A DNA stretch of 64,000 nucleotides, taken from positions 248,001 through 312,000 of the forward strand of contig NIVC01001185.1 of assembly GCA_002269645.1 (NCBI GenBank), read 5' to 3'. Position 1 is the stretch's first letter; every line of letters begins with the position of its first letter. Of this stretch, positions 52,062 to 63,140 are shown piece after piece. Both the position numbers and the translations under genes were made by a program. Below the pieces are notes generated by a model, which saw only the letters and a list, made by a program, of their open reading frames with translations, did no database searches and had not been told where the DNA came from. The stretch comes from Macrostomum lignano. Taxonomy: Eukaryota.

Positions 52062-53293
52062 CAAAAATGGAGGGCACAATGTTTTTCACACTTCGTCAAG
52101 CCAATTGCACGCCGGAGTTTCGTCGGGCAGCCTACAATCCCTCGGACACTGTCCGGGTGACCATCTACAGCTTGACAGTGTTGCAGGCCGCCATTCTGCC
52201 TGTTGGGGCTGCCCTCAACATTGCCTGTTTTGCTACCCTGCTGCGCTATCCACTTGGTGCCGAGGTGAACGGGCACTTTGTGAGTTTCAGCGTCTGCGAT
52301 ACAGCGTTTCTCCTGTTTAATCTGCTCGACACCATCAGCCATTGTGTCGAGAACTCAACACCGTTGACTGACGGTCCGGAACCCTTCAACTACATTGCCT
52401 ATGTCCATCCGATTGCGTGGACACTGCGCAGTGTGGTGTACACTGCTCACAGTTGGCAGACGGTGCTGCTCAGCGGCCTCAAATGGCTACGCATCTGCCG
52501 GCCGCTGTCGGCCCTGCCAGAGTCCAGAATTCGCCACCTCATCGGGCTTGTATGGCTGTACAGTCTGGTCACCAGCATTCCACCGATTCTGCTGTTCCAA
52601 GCATTTGTCACGGTTCTGTATGCCAACTGCCATGACCAGGGCTTCCGGGTCGCCGGCAGCGGTTATCACCGACTCTACAGCATCGACAACAGTGGAGACG
52701 TTGGTGGCGGCATCATACCGCCCGCCATTCCACCGTCATTTGTCGCCGTGAATGCGTCCTTGCTGCCGGCGCTTATCTGCCTGATCTGCAGTCTGGGCAT
52801 CGTGTGGCGCCTGCGACACCCAGTCCTGCATCATCTACGGCGTCGCCGGCATCTCCGTCGGCAAGAAAACTTCCTGGATCCTGGCGCAGCTCGGCTAGGC
52901 CGCGAAGCCACTCGCGCAGTGCTCATGTCGGCTAACAGTTTCCTGCTCTTCCAAATCCCGATGGTTATCTGGACACTGGTGGACACCTGGTACTGGAAGC
53001 TGCTGCAGCCGGCGGTCTTCTCTATGCTCGTTGTAGTCAGCAACACAATCAGCCAAGCATTCTTTGCGGTGGACCTGTCGGTGTGTCTTCACAGCAATCA
53101 CCAGTTTTCTAGCAACCTTCGAAGATACCTGCAGCCGTTTTGCCAGTGCAGAAAGCACTTCAAGCAGCAAAAACAGCAGCAGAAGCAGGGCAACAAGCAG
53201 TTTGAGCTTCGACGACTTCGAGGCTTTTCGGACTGCAATGGCGTGGAAGAGCAGGCCGGGACCTTCTCTATCTGCAGCTCAACTTTGATCTGA
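52062..53293 (+). CDS. Class A (rhodopsin-like) 7TM receptor, FMRFamide/srw-like peptide receptor type, single large exon
   Basis: Seven hydrophobic segments: GAALNI (TM1), SFSVCD (TM2), YVHPIAW...SWQTVLLSGLKWLRICRPL (TM3, DRY replaced), W (TM4), LLPALICLICSLGI (TM5), FLLFQIP (TM6), TM7. In-frame ATG at 52067; polypyrimidine acceptor TTTTGTTTTACCAG immediately before 52062. Confidence 0.88.
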
Positions 53294-54252
53294 AATCTGA
53301 GCCTTAGCTACCGGCCTGAAAGATTTCGCAACTTCTAGGAAATGTTACTGACTTTCTCTGACTGTAAGACAAGGTCTCAAGATGAAATATTAGCAATTCT
53401 AGTCCTACCAAACCCAAACCAATGCACCATCATATTTCTGTGCCATTTGAAGTTTTTGTTACAGCCCATGTTTTCTAACTTGAGCAATGCGTATTGAAAC
53501 ACTGAAAGGTAAATCTGCACATATTGTAAGATTGTAGTTTGTCCAGCAAGTTGCAACTACACTTATTATCTTGGGTTTTTGTAAAAATTGAATGCATATT
53601 ATTTGTTGCAGAATAATGCAGCTCTTTATTGTACTCTTAAACAAAAATACACATTCTTAACGTAATAGTTTTCAAAATCTTATGACGTTTTTCCTACTTT
53701 AAATAAAAAATAGTCACTCTTTAAAACTTGCTATCTTTACGATACGAAGCTATAGAGTAAAATCGTGTAGCACATTTAACGTCTCGAAAACTGTCGAGTA
53801 ATATATGAGCACAAAGCATTTGCTGCACTAAACCCGTAAAGCAATCTGCCGTCACTTTGTCACCGACTAAGCGATCTTCTCCTCCAATTAGGAAGGCAAC
53901 AACTACTTGTGGGTTATAACCTTATACAGTCGCTATTGTTAATTTCTGAAGAAAATCTATGATTTAAAAGCAAAGAGCATCCCGCCCTAAAAGGATCTAG
54001 CTAGCTCCCCTATGAGTTTTGGCTCTAAAGCATCGGAGCAACCCCACTGAGACACAGAATTTCAGCAATTCCCCCCCCACAAGCCCCGCCTTCTCAGCAG
54101 TTCTCTACGTGAGTCTTCACATCTCACCGATTTCCCGCGTGAACCCTTGACATCTCGGCATTTCCACCAAGAGGCACAACATTTCAGCAATTTCCCATGA
54201 GCATTGAGCCACAGAATTTCTGCGATTCCCCTCATAAACCTTGACATTTCAG

Positions 54253-54668
54253 CAGGGGCGTCGCCATGGATTTTATGGTGGGGGGGGGACAAAGCCAAGA
54301 ATTCAAAGTGTACATGACAAAATTTTGGCACTCATTTTGGCGCCGCAGGCACTCATTTCAGTGCCACAGGCACTCATTTTAGCGCCGCAGGCACTCATTT
54401 TAGCGCCGCAGGCACTCATTTTAGCGCCGCAGGCACTCATTTTAGCGCCGCAGGCACTCATTTTAGCGCCGCAGGCACTCATTTTGGCGCCGCAGCAACT
54501 CATTTTGGCGCTGAAGGCGGTACATTTTGGCGCCCTGAAGAAAAATTATTGATTACCACAACGACTCACAAGGTGGAGTGGGGGGGGACAAAGCATTGGC
54601 ATGTCCCCCCCCAGAGCTTTTACTGGGGGGGGCATGTCCCTCCTGTCCCCCCGGTGGCGACGCGCCTG
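54253..54668. mobile_element. hAT-type MITE with an internal 21-bp minisatellite
   Basis: TIR CAGGGGCGTCGCCA / TGGCGACGCGCCTG; flanks CATTTCAG and CATCTGAG (8-bp TSD, 2 mismatches); internal (GCACTCATTTTAGCGCCGCAG) x ~8; inserted into an older degenerate repeat. Confidence 0.8.
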
Positions 54669-55809
54669 CATCTGAGCAATTTCCCCTGAACCAAAGATTT
54701 TTTAGCGGTTTCCGCACATGATACTTGGCATATTAGCAACTCATTATCAGTCTAATCGTTGAACCTTAGCTCTAACCTTAACCATCGGAAGCAACACTAG
54801 GAGAAGCATTGAAATTAGTTTTGGTAGGTATTGTAAGTAGACATTCAAGTAGGTATTCATGGTCTTCAATTTTCAGTACACTACTAATGTTTGCGAGTAG
54901 TATGAATTGCGTTTTTAGCGAAAAATTTTCCAAAATTCACGAAAATCTGCTGGTAACAAATGTCTACTATTTTCGAATAACTGAAAGTCGTTTATTTTCT
55001 ATCAGATCATTCTAGACCAGACTCTTACAGAAAGCATTATTATATTCCCTAGATAGGCCACTTTGTATTGCGGCAATAGGGAAAGCGCGATTGCTTTTTT
55101 TGTCACTTGTGCGAAAAAACCCGACATGGGTTGCTTCAATTTTGATTTCAGAAGCTTAGGGACAAAGACGCTATTTTTTGAGCTTTCGATCTATCTTCTT
55201 ATGAATTAAATAAAAAGCTACTCAATTAAACTAAGACTGATGAATGCACTGAGGAGACTACTGACGAAATTGAGTTCAGTAGTTGATTTTCCCGTTGTCG
55301 CGAGTTGCAAATTTTTCAAGTTGGCTTCTAATGGCCAAAAATGAACAATGAGTGACCCATCGTGTGTATATGTTTTTTGTCTCATATATGATTACACCAG
55401 AGAATGTTGAATATACTCAATATTCTTTGGATTAACTATGCCGTTTAATTCATCATAGTCTATGGTTAAAATGTCCGAGGCGCTGCATTAATAGTTTAGG
55501 GGTGAGCACTAAAGAACTAAAGAATCTGAACTAGCAATATTCATTACAGAACTGACAGTTCTGTGATCTTCACCCAAGGATGAAAAAATCATCCATCTAT
55601 TCTTTCATCCATGTCTTCACCACGTTGAGAAGTCAACAAAAGAGACGAATGAAAGTTTTTTCGAATAAACAATCCAAACAACAACAACAAAATACATTGT
55701 CAGTCAGTCAGCAGACGTCACAGACGTACAAGCGCTTCCAGCTCTGTAATATTTTATTTGGTAATCTTCTATGCCTGCCTTTCTGTTTTTTAAAAATGTC
55801 TGGTTTGAT

Positions 55810-56673
55810 TCATTCGATAGTGAAATTCAGAAATGGATCCAAGCATTCGCAGCCTCCGTGATATGAAAATGATTCCGAATGGTCATACAGAGCCATGTCG
55901 CGGATTCTGGCACGGTTCGCAGCATCCTTGCCATCGCTTGGCTCCCTAGGCCCCCAGAGTCCGCCGCTGCTGGTGTCCAGAATCGGCAGCGGCCAGCCGC
56001 AGTCCGCCCACGCCCAGCTGCCGTTGGCCAGAATTGAAGCACCAACCCAGATCTGATGGCTGCTGTCAGTCAGACCAGTTGACGTCCTCACATCCTGGAG
56101 CTCATCAACGCTGCTCAGGTCGGCGAGCTTCGTCAGCGGCATGGCGGACCCGTCCGAGGTGGTCAGGAAGCTCCGGCGGCTGTCGGCCTGAGCGCTCCAT
56201 CCGGTCACCTGCCCGTTCCCAGCTGCCTTGTACAGCGAGCCCTTGAAGCGGCTGTCGCTGACGCCGGGCACCCAGCGATAGTCGGCGGGACAGAGCCGGC
56301 CTGGCTCGAGACCCTCCGACTGCTTGACGAAGACTCGAAGCCTCCTGCTGCTGCAGCCGCTGCTCGCCATCGAGGCGGGATCGAGCAGCAGTCGCGAGCT
56401 GCAGGCGTCGAAGGCGAACAGCAGGCAGAGCTGTCGGTCCGAGGAGGCTGCCGCAGCCTCCATGGCGAAGGCTCTGCATCTCGGAGCCGCTCCACAGCGA
56501 AGCGCACAGGCCGCGATGTCAAGGTCGAGCAGCTGGTAGTGAGCTGGGGACACGCAGTTAGAGGTGAGGATCGGGTGGAAGGCGACTCGCTGCCTGCAGC
56601 AGGTTGCGGGGTGGCTCAGCAGCAGCAGCGGCAGCAGTAGTACGAGTATAGGAAATGTACGCAAAGAATTCAT
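55810..56673 (-). CDS. Secreted PAN/Apple-like plus C-type lectin-like protein, copy 1 (intronless)
   Basis: ATG at 56673, signal peptide, CALRC...CRAF...CLLF (PAN-like), then LADLSS..E, IWVG, GSWAW, LWGPREPS, YD...CEC (CTLD-like). Confidence 0.8.
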   Translation of the reverse strand: MNSLRTFPILVLLLPLLLLSHPATCCRQRVAFHPILTSNCVSPAHYQLLDLDIAACALRCGAAPRCRAFAMEAAAASSDRQLCLLFAFDACSSRLLLDPASMASSGCSSRRLRVFVKQSEGLEPGRLCPADYRWVPGVSDSRFKGSLYKAAGNGQVTGWSAQADSRRSFLTTSDGSAMPLTKLADLSSVDELQDVRTSTGLTDSSHQIWVGASILANGSWAWADCGWPLPILDTSSGGLWGPREPSDGKDAANRARIRDMALYDHSESFSYHGGCECLDPFLNFTIE

Positions 56674-57149
56674 TTCTCTTGCTTTAGATTCAAAACATGT
56701 TTAATTGCATGTGTGTCGAAAATTGAAGACGGATTATCTTCTTTTTTATGGTTTAAAAAGTGAGTGCTGCGTGAGTTGTTGATTGACAGCGACAGCTTTC
56801 TAAAATTTCCGCATTTCTCTGCGCCAGTGGGTGTAGTTTTATCGCTCGGAATGGTTTAAGGCTCTGGAATGGAGACCGAAATTCTTGTCACGTAGGTGAC
56901 AGATCCCCACTATTCTGGAATGATTGAAATTCGTTTTTTACTTTCAGATCATTCCAGACGAACCTGCTGCCGGAAGCATCATTGTCTACGAGCGTATCGG
57001 TGCTTTTAGTAGCGTCTGAAGGTCTGATTGACGTTTAAATGATCTTTTCCTTCGCTAATGGCATCGTTTACTGGGAATGCATGCAGTCAGCTTGAAGTCG
57101 TGGGAATGCATTTTCCAACTTTTTACAAGGCTGCCTTTGTCTAATGTCA

Positions 57150-59070
57150 CTCAGTCTGTCCAGTTATTCGTGTTCTGTTGAGATTTGGGGATGAAAAATC
57201 GACCGTACTTACTTTGACTTAGCTGCAGGGTGGTCCGTAGACACAGCGGGGAGGCGAGGGTCGCCCATTCCGCTAGCCCCTGAAGGCCCGCAGACAGGCA
57301 GAGGCGTGGGGCCGGGTCAGGGTGGTCCACCGGTCCGTCCTGCAGCGTGATCTTCCGTTGGGAAGAAACTGGCTCGTCTAGTCGCCCGATGGAACTGGAT
57401 GAGCCGTGAGATGCTGTCGGGCTGGCAGACCTCGTCAATGGACGGGTTCGGCCCGAGGTAGCGTAGCCGGTCTCTGTTAAAGAAAGGGCAGTGACAGACA
57501 AAGTGCTGAGCATCTTCATTGTCGCACTCGCAAAAGGGGCAAATTTCGCTCTCGAGGTCGCCTCGGAGGAAGCAGTGCCTGGCGAGGTAGCCATGGCCGG
57601 TAAGGGTCATGACAAGGGCTCGAATATCCTTCCGATTCTGGTTCAGAAGGATGTTTCTGAGCCTGCGAGACGGGCAAGGAACCGCGGCACGAGATTGCCG
57701 GTAGTTTTGGGTGCCCGCCCATCTGTCCCTGTGGAGGGAGTCAGCCCAGTCGTCGATCTGACGATTGATGACTGTCAAGGGCATAGGGACCAGGGGGGCA
57801 GGGCCGAAGAAAGAGCCAGAGCCGCCCCTCTTGGCGAGGGTATCTGCCAGCTCGTTCCCCGGAAACCCTGCGTGCCCTGGGATCCACTTCAGCCTGACAG
57901 TATTGCTTCTGGCCAGGAGGTTGAGCTGCCGGGCGCAGTCGGCGACTGTCCGGGAGTTCGTTGTGGTGTGGCAAAGGGCCTGTAAGGCCGCTTGGCTGTC
58001 GGAGTGGATGACAATAGTCTTTCCTCTCGTAACCTTGGCGTTCATCTCTGCAGCGCAAGAGCTGATGGCAAGGACTTCGTTCTGGAAGACTGTGGAGAGT
58101 CTACCAGTGTGCTGGGCATGCGTGGCAATGACGCCGCCGCTGATGATGATGCAGACCCCAAAGCCGGCGCGACCGTCTTTGATGGATCCGTCCGTGTAGC
58201 AATGGACCTCCTGGAAATTCCAGTGGTCATTGGCAGCATCCCTAGAGGGGATGGTGACCTTGTAGCGCTGAAAGAGGTTGAGAGTGCGGGGTTCGCAGTC
58301 AGATAGGACGTGGAGCCCGCCGCTGTCTCTCAAGTCCTTGAGGCAGAGGTCAGCGTGGGGCAGAAGCTTGCGCTTAGCCATGGCCCTATGGGGCTGGATT
58401 CGAATGCCAGCGTCAGCTAGACGGCGGGCAGTCTTAGCCGCTTCCCTGCGGACAAAGATGTCCAGCGGAGGAATGTTGAGGAAGGCGTTGAGGCCATCGT
58501 TAGGAGCAGACGGAGGGGCGCTCATGATCGTGCGACATGCGCGCCCTTGCGCTCTCCTGAGAGCCTCTAGACAGGTCTTTATCTGCAGGGCGCTAGCCCA
58601 GATCAGGCCGCCATACGAGATAGCGGGCCTAACCATTGCAGTGTAGATCCACCAGAGGCGCTTGGGGGTGAGCCCCCAGGTGGTGCCGACAGCCCTGCGC
58701 AATTGCGCGAGGTCTGCGAAGGCCTTTTTGGCTTTTGTTTGAACGTGGGGTGACCAGTTCAGCCTGTGGTCCAGGGTAATACCCAGACATTTAGTCTGCT
58801 TGCAGAAGGGGATTTCCCTTCCGTAAAGCGTGAGCGGCCGAATCTGCCACTTGGTCCTGCTGGGGAACATGATCGCTGCGGTCTTAGTCTCAGAGAGCCT
58901 TAAACCACAGCGGTCCGCCCATTGCTCAGCGGCGTAGATAAAGTTCTGAAGAAGGTCCCTGAGGGTATCAGGGGACGGACCAGATGCCACCGCGGTGACA
59001 TCGTCCGCATAACCAACTTTCAGAATGGGATCAGGCCGAACATCCCGGAGGAGCTCATCGACCGTAAGAC
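57150..59070 (-). mobile_element. 5'-truncated non-LTR retrotransposon with RT, RNase H and CCHC (I-group, LOA/Tad1/R1-like)
   Basis: Open frame 59101-57317: TVDELL, GYADD, KTAAIMF, CLGITLD..LNW; RNase H YTDGS...FQNEVLAI...HSDSQAAL...KWIPGH...GNELADTLA; CPFC...EDAQHFVCHC. Homology begins mid-RT near 59070; no TSD found. Confidence 0.93.
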
Positions 59071-59926
59071 CTATTCTTGCCACAGCTAGCACCATAGTCA
59101 TCTTAAACTATGTTTTAAGATATCCCCTGTCCCTAATATCAGGGTCTGAGGTTAAAAACAGTATAAACATAAAACTTCAAGTTAGAAATATGAACTAATT
59201 AAAAATAGTTACAACTGGGTAGTTTTGATTCGACCTTAAGACCGATGAAATCTTCCAATCTGCTAATGGCCACCCCAAAATCAAACCTCGTTCGTGCAGG
59301 AAAATCTACTGATATCAACTCATCCTTAAAAAAGTTACCGTTTAGTTTTAAGATATGAGCTGGGCCTGAAGGTGCTCTGTCACGATGCAAAACTGATGAG
59401 CAAAATGTTTGGGATTTCCGAGTTGAACTACTCATAGGGCCTATTCTACGAGTATGAAGATGAGAAGTGACTCCTGAATTTGTGTCCTGACTGGTGGAAT
59501 AGAAAACTTTCTGATTTTTGGAACTATCATGATAAAAAAATTAAAAAGTGTCTGATGCTCTCTGGACTAATTGAAAATCATTGACTTCTTTCCGACTACA
59601 ATAAATTTTAAAATGCAATTGTTTGAACTGGCTAAAGGAAACAAAACACAAAGCACGCGAATTTGCAATGCAGAATCGAAGAGTAGAGCTTCCGTTTTAT
59701 TTAAAGTTTGTCAGCTCGTGCAAACCTCTGAGTGAAATCTAAGTTTCAAGTAGTCAAAAAATTAACCAATACATCGGTAAATGGTTGCGTCACTCATGTT
59801 CAGGATGTAGTTCAAATTCTAGAGTTTTCGAGTTCAATTTGTCTATAAAACATACAGTTCCGTGTGGTATCTTCTTGCACGATTTATCCTATCCGTTTCC
59901 TTGAGGTCTCGGGATTTTGGTTTAAT

Positions 59927-60799
59927 TCAGCCAATCGTAAAATTTAGAAACGGATCCAGGCATTCGCAGGCTGCATGATAGAGAGTTGAACCCCGATTGT
60001 CATACAGAGCCATGTCGCGGATTCTGGCGCGCAATCCAGCATCATTGCCACTGTTCGGCTCGCTAGGGTCCCAGAGTCCGCCGCTGCCGGTGTCCAGAAT
60101 CGGCAGCGGCCAGCCGCAGTCCGCCCACGCCCAGCTGCCGTTGGCCAGAATTGAAGCACCAACCCAGATTTGCTGACTGTCAGTCAAGCCAGTTGACGCC
60201 CTCACATCCTGGAGCTCCTCAACGCTGCTCAGGTCGGCGAGCTTCGTCAGCGGCATGGCGAACCCGTCCGAGGTGGTCAGGAAGCTCCGGCAGCTGTCGG
60301 CCTGAGCGCTCCATCCGGTCACCTGCCCGTTCCCAGCAGCCTTGTACAACGAGCCCTTGAAGCGGCTGCCACTGACGCCGGGCACCCAGCGATAGTCGGC
60401 GGGACAGAGCCAGCCCGGCTCGAGACCCTCCGACCGCTTGACGAAGACTCGAAGCCTCCTGCTGCTGCAGCCACTGCTCGCTATCGAGACGGGATCGAGC
60501 AGCAGTCGCGAGCTGCAGGAGTCGAAGGCGAACAGCAGGCAGAGCTGTCGGTCCGAGGAGGCCACCGCAGCCTCCATGGCGAAGGCTCTGCACCTCGGAG
60601 CCGCTCCACAGCGAAGCGCACAGGCCGCGATGTCAAGGTCGAGCAGCTGGTAGTGAGCTGGGGACACGCAGTTAGAGGTGAGGATCGGGTGGAAGGCGAC
60701 TCGCTGCCTGCAGCAGGTTGCGGGGTGGCTCAGCAGCAGCAGCGGCAGCAGCAGCAGCGGCAGCAGCAAAGAAACAAACTGGGAACTATGGTGTCTCAT
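59927..60799 (-). CDS. Secreted PAN/Apple-like plus C-type lectin-like protein, copy 2 (intronless)
   Basis: True ATG at 60799 (the track start at 60814 is TTG); near-identical to copy 1 from the Leu-rich signal segment to the stop; carries EPN. Confidence 0.8.
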   Translation of the reverse strand: MRHHSSQFVSLLLPLLLLPLLLLSHPATCCRQRVAFHPILTSNCVSPAHYQLLDLDIAACALRCGAAPRCRAFAMEAAVASSDRQLCLLFAFDSCSSRLLLDPVSIASSGCSSRRLRVFVKRSEGLEPGWLCPADYRWVPGVSGSRFKGSLYKAAGNGQVTGWSAQADSCRSFLTTSDGFAMPLTKLADLSSVEELQDVRASTGLTDSQQIWVGASILANGSWAWADCGWPLPILDTGSGGLWDPSEPNSGNDAGLRARIRDMALYDNRGSTLYHAACECLDPFLNFTIG

Positions 60800-61379
60800 G
60801 AGAGGTGCATGCAAATCCTGGGGCTAAAGCGATAGCGATGCATTGTAGGAAAAATACAACTCTTTATGTTGTATTGACACGAGTTGAGCCTTTTTAGGTA
60901 GCTCTTCAGGAGAATTTCGATGGTTCTCGATGCGTTTGCACAGCATTATTTTTCCTGTAATTGCTGCGAAACTATTTTTAGAGCTTAGTGAGTCTTTTGA
61001 GAGACTTACCATCTGTTAGAGCGTCGTCACAAATTCGCTTTTGAATGCCTATACATGTTTATTAAATTGCTATTAAGCATTTGTGATTAAAAATTAACAT
61101 ACATGTACATGTAGCTACCTAGCTGTAGTTTGACTGACACATGACTGCGAGTAGCAAATTTGAAAATCCAATTTGTTCCAACGTAATAGAACTGTACAGG
61201 TGAGTGCTTTCTCAATGCAATGGATTTTTTCGAATTTTCTTCACAGCTACACAAAACTTGGAGTGGGGTTCTAGAGAATTAAAGAAAGCCCTGAATCAGA
61301 TCAGCCGTGCCCAAACCACAGATTCTATGCGCGCAATAGATGGGCCTCTCCCCTTTTTGAATTGTATAAAGCCACTTTG

Positions 61380-62070
61380 CCGCTGTCTATGGTTGGACTT
61401 GGACTGCGTGCAGCCTTCGCCACTGTCTATGGTTGGACTCGGTCTGCCTGCAGTCTTCGCCACTGTCTATGGTTGGACTCGGTCTGCCTGCAGTCTTTGC
61501 TTCTGTCTATGGTTGGACTCCGTCTGCCTGCAGTCTTCGCTTCTGTCTATGGTTGGACTCCGTCTGCCTGCAGTCTTCGCTTCTGTCTATGGTTGGACTC
61601 GGTCTGCCTGCAGTCTTCGCTTCTGTCTATGGTTGGACTCGGTCTGCCTGCAGTCTTTGCTTCTGTCTATGGTTGGACTCGGTCTGCCTGCAGCCTTCGC
61701 CACTGTCTATGGTTGGACTTGGACTGCCTGCAGCCTTCGCCACTGTCTATGGTTGGACTCGGTCTGCCTGCAGCCTTCGCCACTGTCTATGGTTGGACTC
61801 CGTCTGCCTGCAGTCTTTGCTTCTGTCTATGGTTGGACTCGGTCTGCCTGCAGTCTTTGCTTCTGTCTATGGTTGGACTCGGTCTGCCTGCAGCCTTCGC
61901 CACTGTCTATGGTTGGACTCGGTCTGCCTGCAGTCTTCGCTTCTGTCTATGGTTGGACTCGGTCTGCCTGCAGTCTTCGCTTCTGTCTATGGTTGGACTC
62001 GGTCTGCCTGCAGTCTTCGCTTCTGTCTATGGTTGGACTCGGTCTGCCTGCAGTCTTCGCCAGTGTCTAC
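61380..62070. repeat. 40-bp minisatellite (CTGTCTATGGTTGGACTCGGTCTGCCTGCAGTCTTCGCTT)
   Basis: About 17 copies. Confidence 0.97.
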
Positions 62071-62710
62071 GGGTGCGAATCGCATTACAGCCTCCCAAGG
62101 CCAATATTCGTGCACACAAGTCGCAAATAAATGTGACCAGAATCCAACCATTGGTCGTGGTGAGTGATTAGACTGCTAAGCTGCTTTTGCTAAAAAATTA
62201 AGGGCTTCGGTTACCAAGGTTCCTTTGATTGTTTTCTACGATATTAATTGAGTTCTACGTGTAGAGTAACTATCGCGATGTTCTAGAAAGTTACATATAG
62301 AATTTCTACTCGTAAAAAAATTTCTTTTTTAGAATCTTCATAGAGAAAAATCCTAATTACGAGCGTATATTGCAATGGAAGTCAATAAAATTGAAATAAC
62401 TTTGCTTTTGGTTTTGTTTTAGTGTAAGAATTATTTTAGGAATTATTAGAAAACGTTGTCTCACCAACCGTACACGGTAACCCAAAGTTATTATTCATGA
62501 TTAGTTTTACCTTTTATTCAGACACTCAAATTAACACATGCCTCCTTTCTCATTGAATCCAAAAGCAGCATTTCAGATTGCTGATTTCATTTCGATTTGT
62601 CTATTGATTTATCAATATTATTAAATATTAATGTAATGTCAATCAATTTGCGTTAATTTAAAAAAATCCCTGAATGGCAGTTTTAAATGTTTATCGTAGT
62701 GTAGCTAAAC

Positions 62711-63078
62711 AAAGGGGTGTCAACTTAAGCGCTAGAATGGAGCGCAAAGCAAGGCTCCAGACCAAACCGACTGGAATCGATAACCATGACGGTGGCAGCT
62801 GTTTAAATGATTCAAAACCTGGATGCGCCCGGTTGTACTTTGGCTGCGCTCGCTGAAGCCGGCTAACTGCAGCCGCTGATACGGTTTGTGCCTCTTGTTA
62901 ACACATTTGTCCTGCTTAATGGCAGCAAAGCGGCACTCAAGCACATAGCGGTACATAGTGGCACAGCGGATGTCTCGGCGATTCTAGTCACCTGGTCCGA
63001 CCAGTTATCGATACAGGTCGGTTTGGTCAGGAGCCTTGCTTTGGGCTCCATTCTAGCGCTTAAGTTGACACCCCCTTT
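62711..63078. mobile_element. MITE-like element with ~74-bp terminal inverted repeats
   Basis: 62711-62784 (AAAGGGGTGTCAACTTAAGCGCTAGAATGGAGC...ATCGATAAC) is the imperfect reverse complement of 63004-63078; no clear TSD. Confidence 0.75.
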
Positions 63079-63140
63079 CGGCTTGTAATTTCCCTTCACA
63101 TGCCGCAGTTACTAAAAAGTTACGATGACGCCACCAACTG

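Noticed and set aside
49867-53293. Latrophilin (adhesion GPCR) annotation
   Set aside because: No olfactomedin, hormone-binding or GAIN/GPS region, and the 7TM motifs are class A rather than class B2.
55236-55285. CTGATGA...GACGAAA spacing resembling a hammerhead
   Set aside because: The intervening sequence does not form stem II, and stems I and III are absent.
61204-62171. Three long Cys/Leu-rich ORFs
   Set aside because: Translations of the 40-bp minisatellite.
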